Notes under the pieces: model-generated
The model's input: only the letters and a program-made list of their open reading frames with translations
Told to the model about the DNA's origin: nothing
Databases searched by the model: none
Translations under genes and position numbers: made by a program
Shown here: in pieces, positions 13,553-28,100 of the stretch
How positions within the stretch are numbered: position 1 is the stretch's first letter
How the letters are laid out: every line of letters begins with the position of its first letter
DNA from: Ramazzottius varieornatus
Taxonomy: Eukaryota; Animalia; Tardigrada
Assembly: GCA_001949185.1 (NCBI GenBank)
Contig: BDGG01000004.1
Span: 1,575,620-1,639,619 of the forward strand
Reading direction: 5' to 3'
Length of the DNA stretch: 64,000 nt

Positions 13553-15109
13553 ATATTGAATATTGGTGATGACAAATGTTTTTCTTCCGCGTTAGTTTTG
13601 CATGGACTGAGATCGAACCTCGTGGACTTTTTACGCTTCGAATGCGTCGAATGCGCTTTGGACTACGAGGTAGAGAACATAATTCGGGCATAGCAATTTT
13701 CGCATCATAATCGACGCATATCTTTTGTGAACTCTTGTTGCATGTAATCACGTGCTTATTGTTTCCAGAGGTAGACCAGTCTCTCTTCTCAGGGTCCAAA
13801 AAGGGTTGGAAACGATGAAAGGTTGTAGGTCAGGAGAATCTGCCGTGAGGGAGAGGCGGGTCTGATCAACGTAAAAAAACCTGAAGTTGTATCAACAAGT
13901 GCACGACGAGAAATTGATGAAGTATTGAGTATAAAGCTTAAACTTTTTGCATTGCCCAAATTATGGTGTGAAAATCGCTATGCCCGAATTACGTCCTGTA
14001 CGTCGTACTCTTTTGTGAACGACAATGCATTCTTTTGCAGCTTCTATCAACACAATCGACCCAGTATGCATGGAGCAAGGAATGTGGGTTCGCCGAAGGG
14101 CATGAAGCGAAGGATTCGACGCTTGCGTAGGATGCACTACAAACGACTGCTCTGTGATATATGGTAAGTGCGAACCGCTGTGTAGTACTAAACACCAGGT
14201 GTCCTGACGTCGTAAAGTTTGGCGATGAGTGTGTGGTTGTGCTGAAGTGACGCTCTGTACGATGCGGGGGTTGAGGATGATGCTTTAGAATAATTTTGAT
14301 GATTACGCTCGTTAAGTACCGCTTCAGGCTTCGTTTTTTGACTTTCATTGTGGCTTCTTTGGGTAATATCAGGCAAGTTGGGTGGAAAGATTAGGGGAGT
14401 TCCAGCATCTTTCACGTTCACGTCCGAAAATGAAAATAGTACGATAGCGAACCCGGATACTTCCAAGGTCTGCCAGCCGAGGTTCTGATAGAAGGAGTTG
14501 AGTTTATCTGATATGCTTTCGTGGAAACGCAGTGTTTTTGTGAGGGTGAAATGACTCGTATCATTGTGCTGTGAAGTTTCATCGAGAACTGCCGCAGATA
14601 TGGGCGTCAAGTGCTTGTACCACCGTCCACTGTAGACACGCTTATCTTTTATGCCCGCCGGGTTGATTACCCAAACACTTGAGTTCTCGACGGTATGCGC
14701 GAGCAATGTGGCCGACTGCAGTGTGCGCAATTTGAACGAGCAAAAATTTGACATCTTTTGATATTGTATTGTGGTGGCCGTGATTTGAGCTCAAGGTGCA
14801 TTTGGATGGAGAAATACTTTGACGCCGCGTTGTACAGTAATTTAGTCTGATCGTTTGGCCGTGCGTATGAATAATGTTACTTTACCAACTTTAGAAGAGC
14901 GGCGTGAAGCGGCTTATTAATCGAAGCACGCGGATCTATTGTCATATCTCGGTCTGATGCCCAAGAATGAAACTTCTTGCCATCATTCTTTGTCTTGTTT
15001 GATTTTTGTTGAAACTTCGAGCGTCGAAATTGCCAGCTCGTGATCCGTGGAGCGTATACGACTACGATTGCCTGTGTTTGGAATATTGTCTGAGTAGATT
15101 CGTGAACAA

Positions 15110-15208
15110 ATGGAGGACTATCGAAATGGAAATCCGACGTTCAGTGAAATAGCGCTTAGGGTGGTACCCGGTGGGAAGCCATATTACACGGAGGATGATA
15201 TGCTCAAG
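15110..15208 (+). CDS. Candidate first coding exon of the neuron navigator gene (MEDYRNGNPTFSEIALRVVPGGKPYYTEDDMLK)
   Basis: 33 open codons from ATG, ending AAG|GTGGGC in phase 0, which matches the phase-0 acceptor of the NAV CH-domain exon at 25197. No homology support. Confidence 0.4.
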
Positions 15209-15627
15209 GTGGGCGAACTGTACTACAATGTTTGATTTTTGTCATCTTTGATTAAACTCTATAAATTGGGTGGGAAGTCTGATAGGAATGCATGTCACTG
15301 CTTTCTTGCTTCCTCACGGGGCGAATAATCGACGATCCATTACGCTGCATGTTGATGAAGAGGTGAATTCTTTTGGTAAAGTTCTTCGTTGTGTGGGGGA
15401 AGGAGGAGTCAGGACTTCCCTGTTGGCATTTCCTTGTTATCTCCAGGTTTTCCAAACAGCAGTGCCGAAGTTGTAGCGCTAGCATAGATGCGATGTTTGT
15501 TGATGAACCAGGTGGCTTGTTTGTCCACTTTCAAAGTCATTTCCGCTACGAATGGTTGTGGGGTGCGCGCGTACGGGATCGGAGCACCCTGTAGCCCTTT
15601 AGTTCCAAAGGGTAGTCTGATCGATTA

Positions 15628-15657
15628 TCGCTACGAGAAGGGTCGCTACGAGAAGGG
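15628..15657. repeat. 15-bp direct tandem duplication (TCGCTACGAGAAGGG)x2
   Basis: Read directly from the sequence. Confidence 0.8.
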
Positions 15658-18600
15658 ACCTCGGTCGCTTGAGCTGTTCGGTGTGAACTGCTTTTTTGTC
15701 ATGACCAATCAATATTAAGTTGCGGGTTGTTATATAGCGGAAGTGCTTGTCAGAGGTAGATTATTTGTGACCGGCATTGACATTGCCAAAACCTCTGGTG
15801 TGTGTACATGTGGTACATAGCAATTTCAGTTCATCTGGAAGCTAAAATTGATCCATCTTTTTAGGATGAAGGTACTACTGTACCTTCTTCAGTAGTCGTG
15901 GTATGACGAAGTCCATGAAATTCCGCCGACGATCAGCTGAAACGAACTCTTATTGTGCGTGTATGCTGTACCTGTTATAGTTTTGGGAGGAATGCTACTG
16001 GAACTGACATTTTGTCCGGTGGCTCTTCCTTTTCATGACATGTGTCGGAACTCGAAAGCAAAGAGAACTCATCTCTAGCCAGAGGCTGATGATCGGAATT
16101 AGTCAGACACTATACTCAATAGAAAACTTGCTGCTTACCTGTCTGCACAGTATGACAGGTTGACGGCTAATAGCGGCAGATGTCGGATCTTTTATCCAGT
16201 AAGCATTGAAATCATATGACAAGCATCATTGGAGGCGTCAGATGCGCTTGTATATTATTTTTGTTTTCTCACACCGACCAATGACTCGTAAATGTCTTTA
16301 CAAATCATGCCGTTTAGCGCTTGTTTTCCGACACCAGATTCATAACTTCCGTGTCGTCACGTCACCAAAGCTTTTCCGTAGGCTTCCCATAAGGCTTGAG
16401 GTACCCAAAAGCTTGCTGGACGTCAGTATGGTCCATTCATGTATTCCCACTATGTTAATGACAGTGAGATACCACGCTTATGTTAGAGACCAAGAAAAAA
16501 GATCACAGGGAGAAATCGTCTGTTTTTGATTTCATTCGAGGGCGTACTCTTTGTACGCCGGTACCACAGTGGCGCCACGGCAGAGATGAGCATACGTTGA
16601 GTGTCCAATACGTACGAGGGCCTTTATACAACCCCACTGCTTCATGTCGACTCTTTCATGGTCTTGCTTTCGGTGTCTATCAACAGATGGACACTGGTCA
16701 GATAAGGCGCTGTCTGCAGTAGTATAATGGCTACTTTCGCTGTGCTCGTTTCATGCCGTTGGATTGGCCATATTGGTCTGTGCCAGTTCGTTAACAGGGC
16801 TTGTTGTTTTGCGACCTGTTCAGTACACTGTCATTCCGGATCTCACGGGCCTTGTCGGTCCTGCATTCAACAGGAATCTCTGTGTCCTAGTGTAGACTGG
16901 CTGGGGAACTACCTGTTAGAAGTTTTGAGTATCTGTTGGTGTAAACTTTTCTGGCTAGAGACAGGGTGAGTTGTTCTCAGATTTCTGCCGAGCTCCAGCG
17001 ACAGATCTTGTGTATCCTGACGGTAAAGCATCAGTTTTATCAACCAGTGGAATTTTTCTCGAACCTTCGGAGGAACTGAAAGCCTGTCTTCCCGTTCTTC
17101 GGGACACCTGTAAGTCAAGTTCGATACTAAATATGTCTGCGCTTGGGTGTGCTCCGCAGGACATCAGGAACCCAAGCTGGTCATGTACTTTCAGTCATCT
17201 CTTTAGTGTGTGCTGGGATATGGGGAAGAGGTCTAGACTCCAGAGATCCTTCGGCATCGATTAGCCCACTGGGACTGGTCCTCATGCTAGACCACTCGGT
17301 TGCATTATGAGCGTTCAGACGTGAATTAGAATTTGATACTCTTGTGGCATTTGTTTAATTAGCTGTATTATCAGAAGCTACAACGACGGCCAGACACTCT
17401 TCGTCCAGAGTCCGTCACTCTGAAAATTGGATACTCTCGTAGTGCTCTGTTTGACCTTTTATTAGGAATATCGCCATATAATAGCATTGAGCGTGACCGC
17501 ACATAGTATTGGTCTTTGAGGACAGATTTCACGCTATCAATCTTCCACCACTGTAAAGAATAGGAAATGAGCAGCTTATGATGGCGGTGATGCGTGTCCA
17601 GACGTTTGACCAGTAATTAATGCAGAAACTATCGAAGGGAGGCAGTGAGGCGGATCGGGCCATGCAAGTTAAATTGCACGCCGTTGTTTCCATCCCAGTG
17701 GACGAATACAATGCCGGTGTTGCTCTTTAGATCTGGGGTAGGAAATCATAAATGCATATGGAGTGCTTGTGGAGCATAAGTCAACAAGGTGCGTATTGTT
17801 CTCCATTGTCGCATTCCGAAATGCAAATTTGAAAATGTTATCTGTGGTATCAGTTGTTTAGGGACTATTCTTTTTTTCGACACAGTTGCGTTGCATGGAT
17901 TACTGTACTCCAATATTGGAAACGGGGTGAAGGTCGAAGTGGTTTGTGTGGCATCGATTGAAACACAATATTAAGCTTACTGACTACACACGTGCCTCCG
18001 TGGAATTACAGACAAGTACAGCTGGCAAAGTGGCGTTTTGTTCTCAGAAAGGGTCCACTTAGACTCCTCGTATTGCATACTTCTAGCATGAATCGATTCT
18101 ATTTTACTTTATCGAATAAGGATTACGTGACCTGTGTTTGCTCTCTTCGTAAAGACTGGAACAGGCGTATCTGGACAAGCTAGGCTTTGCGACCCAGAAC
18201 TGGAGTAAGTTATTAGGCCTATAGGTATCCTGCTGTGTTGCCGCCCGAATATGGAAGTCCGGGCGATCGAAAGTGTTTACACGGGTTCGATGGGTTCGTG
18301 AACCCACATGGCTCCCGCAGTTTTCTCGGTACTCGGATCTCTAAGGGTTATACCCTTGTGGACCCATAGTTCTGTAGTACTTGTGCTCAAGTTGCTCATG
18401 CGCCGAAGTGGCATTTTCATATGGAATTTTTATGTGCTGGCTGACACAGCTGGTGGTACGTCTGGTCGAGGCACGGAGTCTGTTGGAGATCTCGTAAATT
18501 TGGAGCGGGCTTTTTTAATGTGGGGTTGACGTGCTTGATAAGGCGTGCGCTGGTGTTTTATCACCTTGAAACTGAAGCTGGGCACTTTGAGCGGCTTGTG

Positions 18601-21600
18601 TAACCAGCGCGGAGAGAACACTTCAGACAAAATCCATAATCAGAAGCCAAGTATGAAGCGAGATGGAACCCGCTGGCAAGGATTAGTGAATATTGCTGAG
18701 CCAGAGAGATAATTTCGCGCAAAGTTTCTGATCGTCACTGTTACACCATAATGTGTTTTCTAGTGGTGATGATGAGCTGGTGAATGCTTATTGAGAGTCT
18801 CATTTCTGCGCTTGCCAAAAAGTGCAGCTTTGCCAATACTTCTGATTTTTTTCTGCGCAGCTGAATGTATACTTCAAGATCTAATAGAGTAAATAAGCCA
18901 TGTATGTCGTATTGAATTTAATCAAATTTGACAGGTACTAGTTTTGCTGCATGGAAGATTTGACGTGTGCGGTGCTTGTCAATATCACTGGTGCCAGCGT
19001 GGCCACATCCCTGTTTCGAGTTTGTCCGGAGTGTGAATGAGGACGCTGGGTATCCGTCATCCCAACAAGCTCCTCTTGAAACTTTTGTCACGCTTTGGCG
19101 CTTCATCCATCGTCTTGGCAGCGCGATGAGAGATACATTAGTGCGGGAATCTACCATGTACTTCACTTTGCCCTTGTCTCCTACTTTGCAGCTGTACATG
19201 TGCTGAATGTAATCGGGAATCTCTGGATGTATGGCATCCTTACGCCTAATCCTGTGCATTAACAGCCCCTTCATTAACTAGCCTTCAAAATCGTCCCGTC
19301 TGTCCATCCGCCCTTGTTCTAGCAGTAGCGTCCGTCTTGGTCCAAGGGAAAGGCGTCTGGCTATACTTGAAAGACTTTATCCAGTTAGATGTCGGCCTGC
19401 AGGGGACGCAAACACATCCGGTCATTTATACACCGGACCCAGCCCTGATTACCATGCAAATGTAGTGCGATTTGGGCTTGATCCCTCGGTATAATCAGTA
19501 GCCAGTGCACTGGCCAGGAAGTGGAGGACCAAACGAGAAGCATCACCGTCTTTGGCCTGCGGGATGTCTGATAAGACGACGATGCGTTATTCCAGCATGA
19601 TGCGGTTTGGGGTGTATCTCTGTTGTATCCTATCGTGTTAATCACTTCTTTAGTAATGCTGAATTGATGATTTATCACCTAAGAAGTGTTTTCAAGTTGC
19701 TTTCTGAAAGAGATTCAGTTTATTCAGTCATATGTAGCTTTGAGGAACCTGATTCACTTGCTTGATGGCTGGAGCCACCTGCTGCGTGAAACCTCGTGTC
19801 CAGAGGATGGGATTGCATCTACGCTTGTCATTTGACAATTGGGCGTAGTGGCGGTGTGACGGATTCGTTTGTGTCGGAAGAAATGTCATTGATGTTATGG
19901 AAGTACGAGCAGAATAACCAGAATTTGAAAAAGGTAGGTCTAAGTGTGCGAAGTTGATTGTTACAAGACTGGATTGTTTTCTGACGCACTTATGGTATGA
20001 CATAACTGCGACACAGAGCAGAACAAAGTTATTTATACTACACTGTGACTGCGAGAACCCGCGTCTTGTGTGGTTCGCGAACCACTGATCTCTGTTCCCG
20101 ACTTGGTTTGGCCTACAGTAGGGACTTGAGGCATACGCGATAAGGTTCAGTCACATTGGAGAGGAGTGGAGGAAGTGAAGGGAAATGCAGAAATTAGGGC
20201 GATCTGCAATTAGTGGAGTAGTGAAACGTGAAACATGCTTGATGAATGTTTGATAATGAGATATTATTGATGGTGACTAAATTAGAGGATGTGGCAGGGA
20301 AGATAGAAGTCTCATGATGCAATATCTCGCAAAAGGATATTAGCCACTTTGAATCTGGTCATGAATAAGTCTGGAGAGCGGCCAGAGTGCCGATAATTAT
20401 GTGTGTTTGTGACAGATTCAGCCGAATCTCATTTTCTCATTTCTACTTTTCCGCCGCCAGGAAGATCTAGCTCACGTGCACTGAAGTCAAACGGATCCTC
20501 CAGTGGTACATCCGACCATAAACTTCTTAAAAGAGGTTTTTTCAAACTCCGTCACCAAATCCATGAGATTTTTTGGGCGAGTCTGTGTGACGACGCCGCC
20601 TGGCGGCGACCTAAGCTTTCGTATTCGCAATCGTAATGGCGGTGGGCGACTTGTGGCTACGTTGTGGCTGGATATTGTGTTGTGCCGGAAAGCTACTTAA
20701 ATTTCCGTTTACCATGGAGTTTAATCAGTCTTGCTTCTTGAGAATTATACTAATCCTCGATTGATTAAAAGTGACATACGACAATGCAACTTCTGTGGAC
20801 TTTGTCGAAGCCTCAAGAGAACAGTAAACCAACCAGCTAGACAGTCGAGTCTCGTGAAGAAATGCGTAGCTGGGATCTGTATCCAACGTGTATGGGATCA
20901 TGTCAAACTCTCAGTACACGTCCCTTGGCTACTTTGACTTCTGCCTTGTACGATTCCACGAAGGACATCAACCCCAAAACAGCCGTTCTCGACATTTGAT
21001 TAGCATACTAATTTTGCGGTCGATTGTCAACAGGATATCTTGTCCCTTGCATACAGATGTGATGATCTTTCGCGTTGTTTCACAAGGCCTTGAAATGGCG
21101 AAGCGTTTACAGACGTCAGACTTCGCTGATGAAGGTTTTTTGAGTGCGAGCTCTTCCCTGTTGATGAATAGGAACGTAATGATGTGCCCCGCTGTAATAA
21201 CTTTGGTTACACAAACTTGAACAAACAAATTGCTTTTGTGTGTGCTTTTTAAAGCATAAGATTTATGCGGGTGGATAGAAGAGATTTATGAATACCGTGA
21301 ATAGACAGTTTCTTTGCCTGATGGAATTTTCACTGGTCTAAGCTACTCGTAAAAAACTGCTCTGTTTATCGGTTTGACCCACTTTTTCGACGAGTTGAGA
21401 TCGACTGAACATGCGTATCGTCGACGGAGATTGACTAGACAGACAGTAGGGACATATGTTGGGAAGCGAAAATAATCGGCAAAAAATCTGTCGATAATTG
21501 CCTCTTTGGAATATCGAATACAAACAAGGCGGCATCCACGGAGAACGATGGGCGCAAGGATTATAGTCTTGATCGACCTTACGCGTAGGAAACCTTCAGC

Positions 21601-24600
21601 GAGTCTCTTCCCTTTGCTATCAAACGCTGACCGGCAGGTAGACGTTTACCCCCGGCAATGTTTGCATGGTTTTTTGGTAGAACCACTCATAAAAGAGGTG
21701 AAGAACGCCGAAATATCGGTCCGAGTGGGAACCGAGTTCTTCGCAGAGCGAGGAACCACAATGAGCGTTGCCGTAACCGCAGAGCAAGCTCTGCTGTAAT
21801 GCGTTTTGAACTTCGCGAATTATGTCGTGATAAGTATGTGCTGTGTGCGTCATCGTACCCGTAAACTCTACGCGCTTGCTTGTTTGTTTGTTTGCTTGTT
21901 GGTTCTAGAGCGTGGTTCTTCATCCATCTTTCGGGTCTGATCGTTAAAAGTTATGTTAGGCCGAGAATATTGGAAACTAATGAGGCGGAAACCGTTATGA
22001 ACTTACCGCAGTGACCGAGCTGATTAGTTGAAAATTATGTCAAGCCATTTTTTACAGAGCTTTCATGTTGTACCAGCGCTCAGAGTCGTGTAGGCAACTG
22101 CTTTAGATTATATTCGCACCGGTAACAAATATTATGTTTTCCTAATCGGTTCTCTCCCTGAACTGCCCACTGTCCGCATTAATCCTCGAATGACCATTAG
22201 ATCGAGCCATAAGGAATATCAGAACGGATATGGTGAGCTCGTGCAAAAATATGTGATGATTGATATTTCCCGCTGATGTCTTCTGGTGATGTCCAACAGC
22301 GCGGGACTGATGAAAACATGTATCATGACTTGTACCGTAAAATATCCTTGACTTCAGGCTTTACAGATATCAAACGACCACAGACAGAATGGAGGTTTAT
22401 GGTTATCTCTTATTTGCGACTCGTAGGAGCATTTACACTTCTTCGCCATGATATCTTCGCCCTCCGCCGATCCGCCTACGGAACATCTTTCCAATCTTTC
22501 AGTCGCGTTTCTTACTACGGACCGTAACTTTTTTATCGCATATTACGATACGTAAAGTTGAGCTTGAGTGAATATACGGAATACCGCCCAGTGTGATCTT
22601 CGAATTATATTAATGCGATCACAGGTGCATAGGCTTGCATCCGACACCTTTTGTTGGGCGTTATTGATACAATCATAACGCCGCCATTTACCTCCACAGC
22701 CTTTGTGATCTCAGTTGCTCTTGTGATATCCGATCACAATGCATTCTGCTTCGTTCTGAATATCCTTTCTGTTGTCCGGTATTGACTTTCATTGAGGCAC
22801 AGAGTGTACTGTTATATCCGCCGATGTGAAGTTATGCAAAGTGGAATGTCTTCCCCTTCGATAAGAACACGCCTGTTGATCAGTTTATAACCTACTGTTA
22901 TCACAACAGGCTTGACTTTCTGGCTTCGCTAACCGCTGTTTGGCATTTCTGAACGGAATGGCCGTTCCTTTGGAATCATTACAGCCCACCGGAAGTGAGG
23001 TGCTCGACGATTGCTGCCTTAGTCTATCCACTTACATCAAGGTAACCAGCGTCGGGACAATGTTTTCCCACCCGAATGTGTGATGTTCTGAAGACGATGG
23101 ATGCAAGTTGACGTCCATGTGCTTGTTCACTTTACGACTGGACATGATAGGATGATTAATCGGCGCAACAGGATCTGTGTATTACAAAGTTATTGATCAT
23201 GATCTAAAGCAGCTATTCTTCGCCGCAAAATATCTTTGACTGTTTGAACCTTATGCACACAGTTCCTTTTGAACCAAAGGAAGGGGAGGTGCTCAAAGAT
23301 TTTCCACTAAGACCTGCAGTGCCATATTTAGTACACGGGTTACCGGCATTCGTGACCCACACTTTCACCAGCTGAAGGTGTCATGGTCCGCCCTTTATAC
23401 CGATTCTGTACATATTGTCCCGTCCAATTTTCAAACTGAAGCTCGATGAAAATAATAAGAGAGATCCCGGAGCAGATGCGGTTGTCCAGCGATGGAGTGC
23501 TGATTACAACCTAGGCTATGGTGTACGTACTGTGAAGTTCCTGTCAAATGCGGAGTTGAGATTGTACTCGCAGCTGACGGCAATAAGGAGGCTAACTACC
23601 CCAACTTTGCATTACTTCCCTTTTTCTCCATGCAGCCGGAACAGGAAACCGCTTAGTGGTCATCCAGACAAATAAGGCTTCCGTTGCTCGATGCTCATCA
23701 TAGCCGCACAGTTTGTTTAATAAGTGGCATGAATTGAAGATATGAAGGCGTGCTAAATAGCCGCACATGGGACTGACCCCATGCCGATATGTTTAACTTT
23801 GTTCCCCTCTTTGGATCACGTCATTAGAGGTTAGGCGCCATCCTCCAGTTTGTATGGGTACTTCGTTGGCGAGTATGTGCGGCAATTTTCTATGATTCCG
23901 AGTAGAGTTTAGTCGAGGTCTCTAATCAAAGTGAATGTTGTTGTTTGTCGGAAAAACGTAAATTGGTGGGATGGAGATGTTGACTAGAGAAGCTGTGGAG
24001 GACACTTGAACCGGTCTATTTGTGGAAGGGAAGGAGGATCAGGGTTCATGGATGATTATTATCAGAGATTCATATTGCGCATGATCTGTGGCGGCAGAAG
24101 GGGCTCAAATGGCCTGATTTATGCATCTAGCTAGCCAAAGTCTGCTCTCATGAGCCATCGGCCCGTCCATCGTTAGCAGGACTATTTGTCTCGCTTCCTA
24201 CTCTCGTGGGCCCTCCCCAAATTGCCATGCTGCATAAATATGTGCTGAACTTGATTTTACAATTGTCAACAAGTCTTTTTGAACCCTTGATCGAGATTAC
24301 CAGACAGACAACACGCACCGACAACCGACACTGCTACAGATAGATGGACATTCCATTTTAGTCATCAATAATAACTTTATGCTTTCATTAATTTCCTTGT
24401 CTGTCTGTCTGCCTGCCTGCCTTCACTTCGCACTTTTTCGGCACTTCAAGCTGTTTACCGGAATCCTCTGAACTTGAGCCTTGATCGAGAATTTTTGGGG
24501 CATGTTGCTCCTTTTCGGCGCTCTTGTCTGATGTCCTCTGTGGGATTCTTGAGCGGACTTCCTGGTGGTCGAGGTAACCCAACTAGGAACCCGACAGGAG

Positions 24601-25196
24601 CCTCCACTGTCGGACATGAAACCGCTTTGGGACTTCGCTTTCACTTGGCCTCTGTGTGCAAGATCGAATTGTCTCTGAATATTCGCACGCGATTCCACAA
24701 CGTAGAATGGTGTTCCAAGTTTCTTCCAGGTATGGGACAATTTGTAATGCGTGTTTGTCCTCCGGATAGATGTGTCATGTGATGAGCTTGGTCGTGATTC
24801 AGGTCGGGAGAGCTGTTAGCAGCTTCCTGTGAGGCGTGTAGTTTGTACGTAATCGGTATCTTGGGAAAGTGGCTACAGCCTGTCCCTGCATGTTGGGGCG
24901 CGTGATGAAGGAATTTTATGGACAAGTGATAGTTGAGACAGTATGGGACACAGGCCGATACGCAATATGATCCCATCCCGCGCAATGTTGACCAGCGTGA
25001 TATTGCCCCGCAGACCTATATTTGGTCACCAGCCCGCTAGACGGATTTCAATGGGATCCTTTCTTGTAGCACATGTCGTTAAACTTTGAGCATTGATGCC
25101 CACTGGCTAACCTCACAATAAGAATTACTCATGTGAGGTCTTTGGAAATCTTGAACTGTACTCAGCAATCATCAACTTGGTTGTTATTTCTCGTAG

Positions 25197-28100
25197 GTTT
25201 ACCAGTCTTGGGGGAACCAATATCTGGAACGGTCTCGGCATAAACGACGCATTCAGGACCTACAACTGGACATCACTGATGGAGTTCTTCTCGCCGATAT
25301 CATCGAAGCTGTCAGTAAGTTCCGTGTCTATCATCAAACTTCGTGCCCTGTTTTCGACTTTCGAGAAACCGAAAATACGCCTAAAGATGTCTTGCGGAAT
25401 TATTTGATTTCCCTGCTTCGACCGAGTTGAAGACATCTAGCGGTCTTTAGGATAGTGTTGGCGAGTTTCAGTTTCGGGTTTCCGTAATGTAATTTGACTG
25501 TATTGAAAGGGTCAGGGGAAAATCAGGCTAGTTGCCAGTCGTTCTCGTTTGTCCGACGTTTCCTTCCTTTGAACTGGCTGCATGTTTCTCAACTGATTAG
25601 AAGAAAGTTTCCATTAAGGGATTATCTGGGCATTTGATCAAGGCAACTTGATCGCAGCGTCTTTTACAGGTTTAAGAACAGTTCATAAAAGTTCAAGAGC
25701 ACATCCTTGTTTGTCGTTTCACATCGATTTCGCGCAGTCAAACTCACATTTTCTCTTTGCTGGTACCTTTGGTGAATCTTAACGCGTTAAAACATTGAGT
25801 TTGGTATCGAATTACTTCAAGTACTGCCATCGTGCGAATAATTTGTATTCATACATCTATTTTATTTTTCAGCCGGCGAACGAGTAAGGAATATCAAGAC
25901 AAAACCGAAGAATGATGATCAGATGGTAAGTCACAATTCTACAGTTCTGTATGAAGGTAGCTTGAAGATGTAAGAAGTTGTCGCATTTTAGTAGTTAGCC
26001 CACTGAGTGTTTCAAGACAAGAAACGATGTTGTGAAGGGTTTCCCGAAAAGTTTTGCCAGAGGGCTTTAGGTTTGTGATTACAACAAGTCTCGGGGAAAA
26101 CAAGCGTGAAGTCACCAGAAGAGGGACCGAGCACGGCCCACTGTTCTCGAGGTCCTCCAGACAGCGGTTTCCTTGTTGGACGGTTCGGTTCCAGGTACAG
26201 TATGGGAGATCATAGCTAGCTAGGTGGATTTGACCGCGACGCGCTTCCGCCGCGTAGCCGCCACGATCTTTATCGCTCTCCAGATGGCGCTGTTTGATGG
26301 TTCAGCCGCAACCTGTGGTCCAGCTTTTATCTGAATGACAGGACGTGTGGTCGTAAACGGAGAGGCGTTGATACCAAGATACTTATTTAAAATCATGGAA
26401 ACTCCACATGTATATTCTTTTTGTTTCTCGAAATTTAAAAACGAAAGCCAATTTTGTAGCTGGAGAATCTCGAGACCTGCCTAAACTGCATCGAAGACCT
26501 CGGAGTCAATATTGAAGGACTACGAGCCCCAGGTATGCATATTATTCTGATCGAGTTGGGGCGAAACGGTTCAAGGGTTTCTTTACTTTCAGACTTGAAA
26601 GAAGGAAATCTTCGTGCTATTCTCGGATTGTTCTTCAGTCTTTCGCGTTACAAACAGCAGAAGAAATCTTGCCTGCTGTCGGCGTCCACTCAGAGCGAGC
26701 AGCCTGCAGTGTGCACCACGCCACCTAGCAGGACCTCTTCGTCGTGTGGCTTAGACACTCGGCTCACAATGCTGTCCAAGTTGGTTCCTCTTCCCACTTT
26801 TCCGTGGCCTAGACACTAATTTGTCTTTTTTTCAGATTACCCTCGCCTTTCAAGCCTGCCAACAGTAACCGAAACTCTGTCGGGATCGTCTCTCCGCCAG
26901 CGACTACCACCTCGAACGGTCCGAACCGAAGAAGCCTGAACACTGCCCAGAAAGCCGTGTCCAATGGAACTACTTCCGGTAAGTAGAACACAACTTCAAG
27001 GCTAGGAATTTAGAGCGGCGAGGTCCATGACTAACTGAGGACCAAAAGCAGGGATAAAAATATGTGCTGAAGGTTCTCTTGAAGGCGCCACCGTCGTAGT
27101 TGAATGTCTGCAGCTTACGGGCAGTAAATGCGCAGATCGCAGGGGGATTCAAATTCCGCGCTCCATTGTGAGGGAAACAGATAGTCTGTTATCCAGAGTT
27201 ATGGACTTGAGCTTCGGAGGGAACATTCTCGCTTCACGGTCAAGTTTTACTGCATGGAGCATTAGCTACATTTATTCAGACATGGTCATTATAGACTTCA
27301 TTGGCTCCATCGAAAACAGGCAAGTGTTGGTCAGGAGGACGATAGCGCATGCAGGGCTATTTTTCAGGTCATGATTGATGGATGAGTATGGTCAAGTAGA
27401 AAGGATCACGGCATTTTGGATGCAGTTTAGGCCAGCAACTGAAGGGCTAAAATTGTATCGTGGCTCGGCGCGATCACGCGAACTAATTATGATGGACAGT
27501 GGGCAGTCCGGACGACGTCTGGTGCATGGTGTAGAGTGTAGGAAGTGAAGTTCACGCAGGGAAGCCTTTAGTCAGCGTTTGCATTTCTTCGTTCCAGTAC
27601 TGAATGTTTAGGCAATCTGCAGACATTAGGGAATTCGAGATATTCTGTCAAGGGATTATTTCAATAGGCCATTTTTGTATCGTCCGGTCTGGCCAGTCTT
27701 TGCGCGTATAAGGGATTAAATCCCCAATGATTCGCAGTGATTCAGTGCTGTCACATTCGGCTATGTTGTGATGATGGCCGAAAGAGAAAGGGACAACGTG
27801 TACTCTTTGTTGTTTTGACCATATTTCGCATTTGAGGCTGGTGTCGATCGGCAAATGACTTTGGGCGATCGTTAATTTGACCAGTGGGTTACTATCCTCC
27901 TCTGCTATGCTTGAACGCCAATACGTCGATATTTAGGGAATAACTTCTCTTCTCTGACGCACCTTTGCCGCTAGACAGGTGAGGCTTACTATGCTTGACC
28001 CCTCTCACGAGGATGTTGTCCTGGTCTTGTTTCATATTTGCTATGGTGATTGAGGCGCTCTTCACTTGGAATATCGTTTGCTCTGGAATCTTGCGTGTTT

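Noticed and set aside
18290-20084. Related short palindromes TGGGTTCGTGAACCCA (near 18290) and TGGTTCGCGAACCA (near 20071)
   Set aside because: Too short, with no shared flanks; could be chance.
27085-27165. tRNA-like segment with GGATTCAAATTCC and terminal CCA
   Set aside because: No cloverleaf or acceptor stem can be formed.
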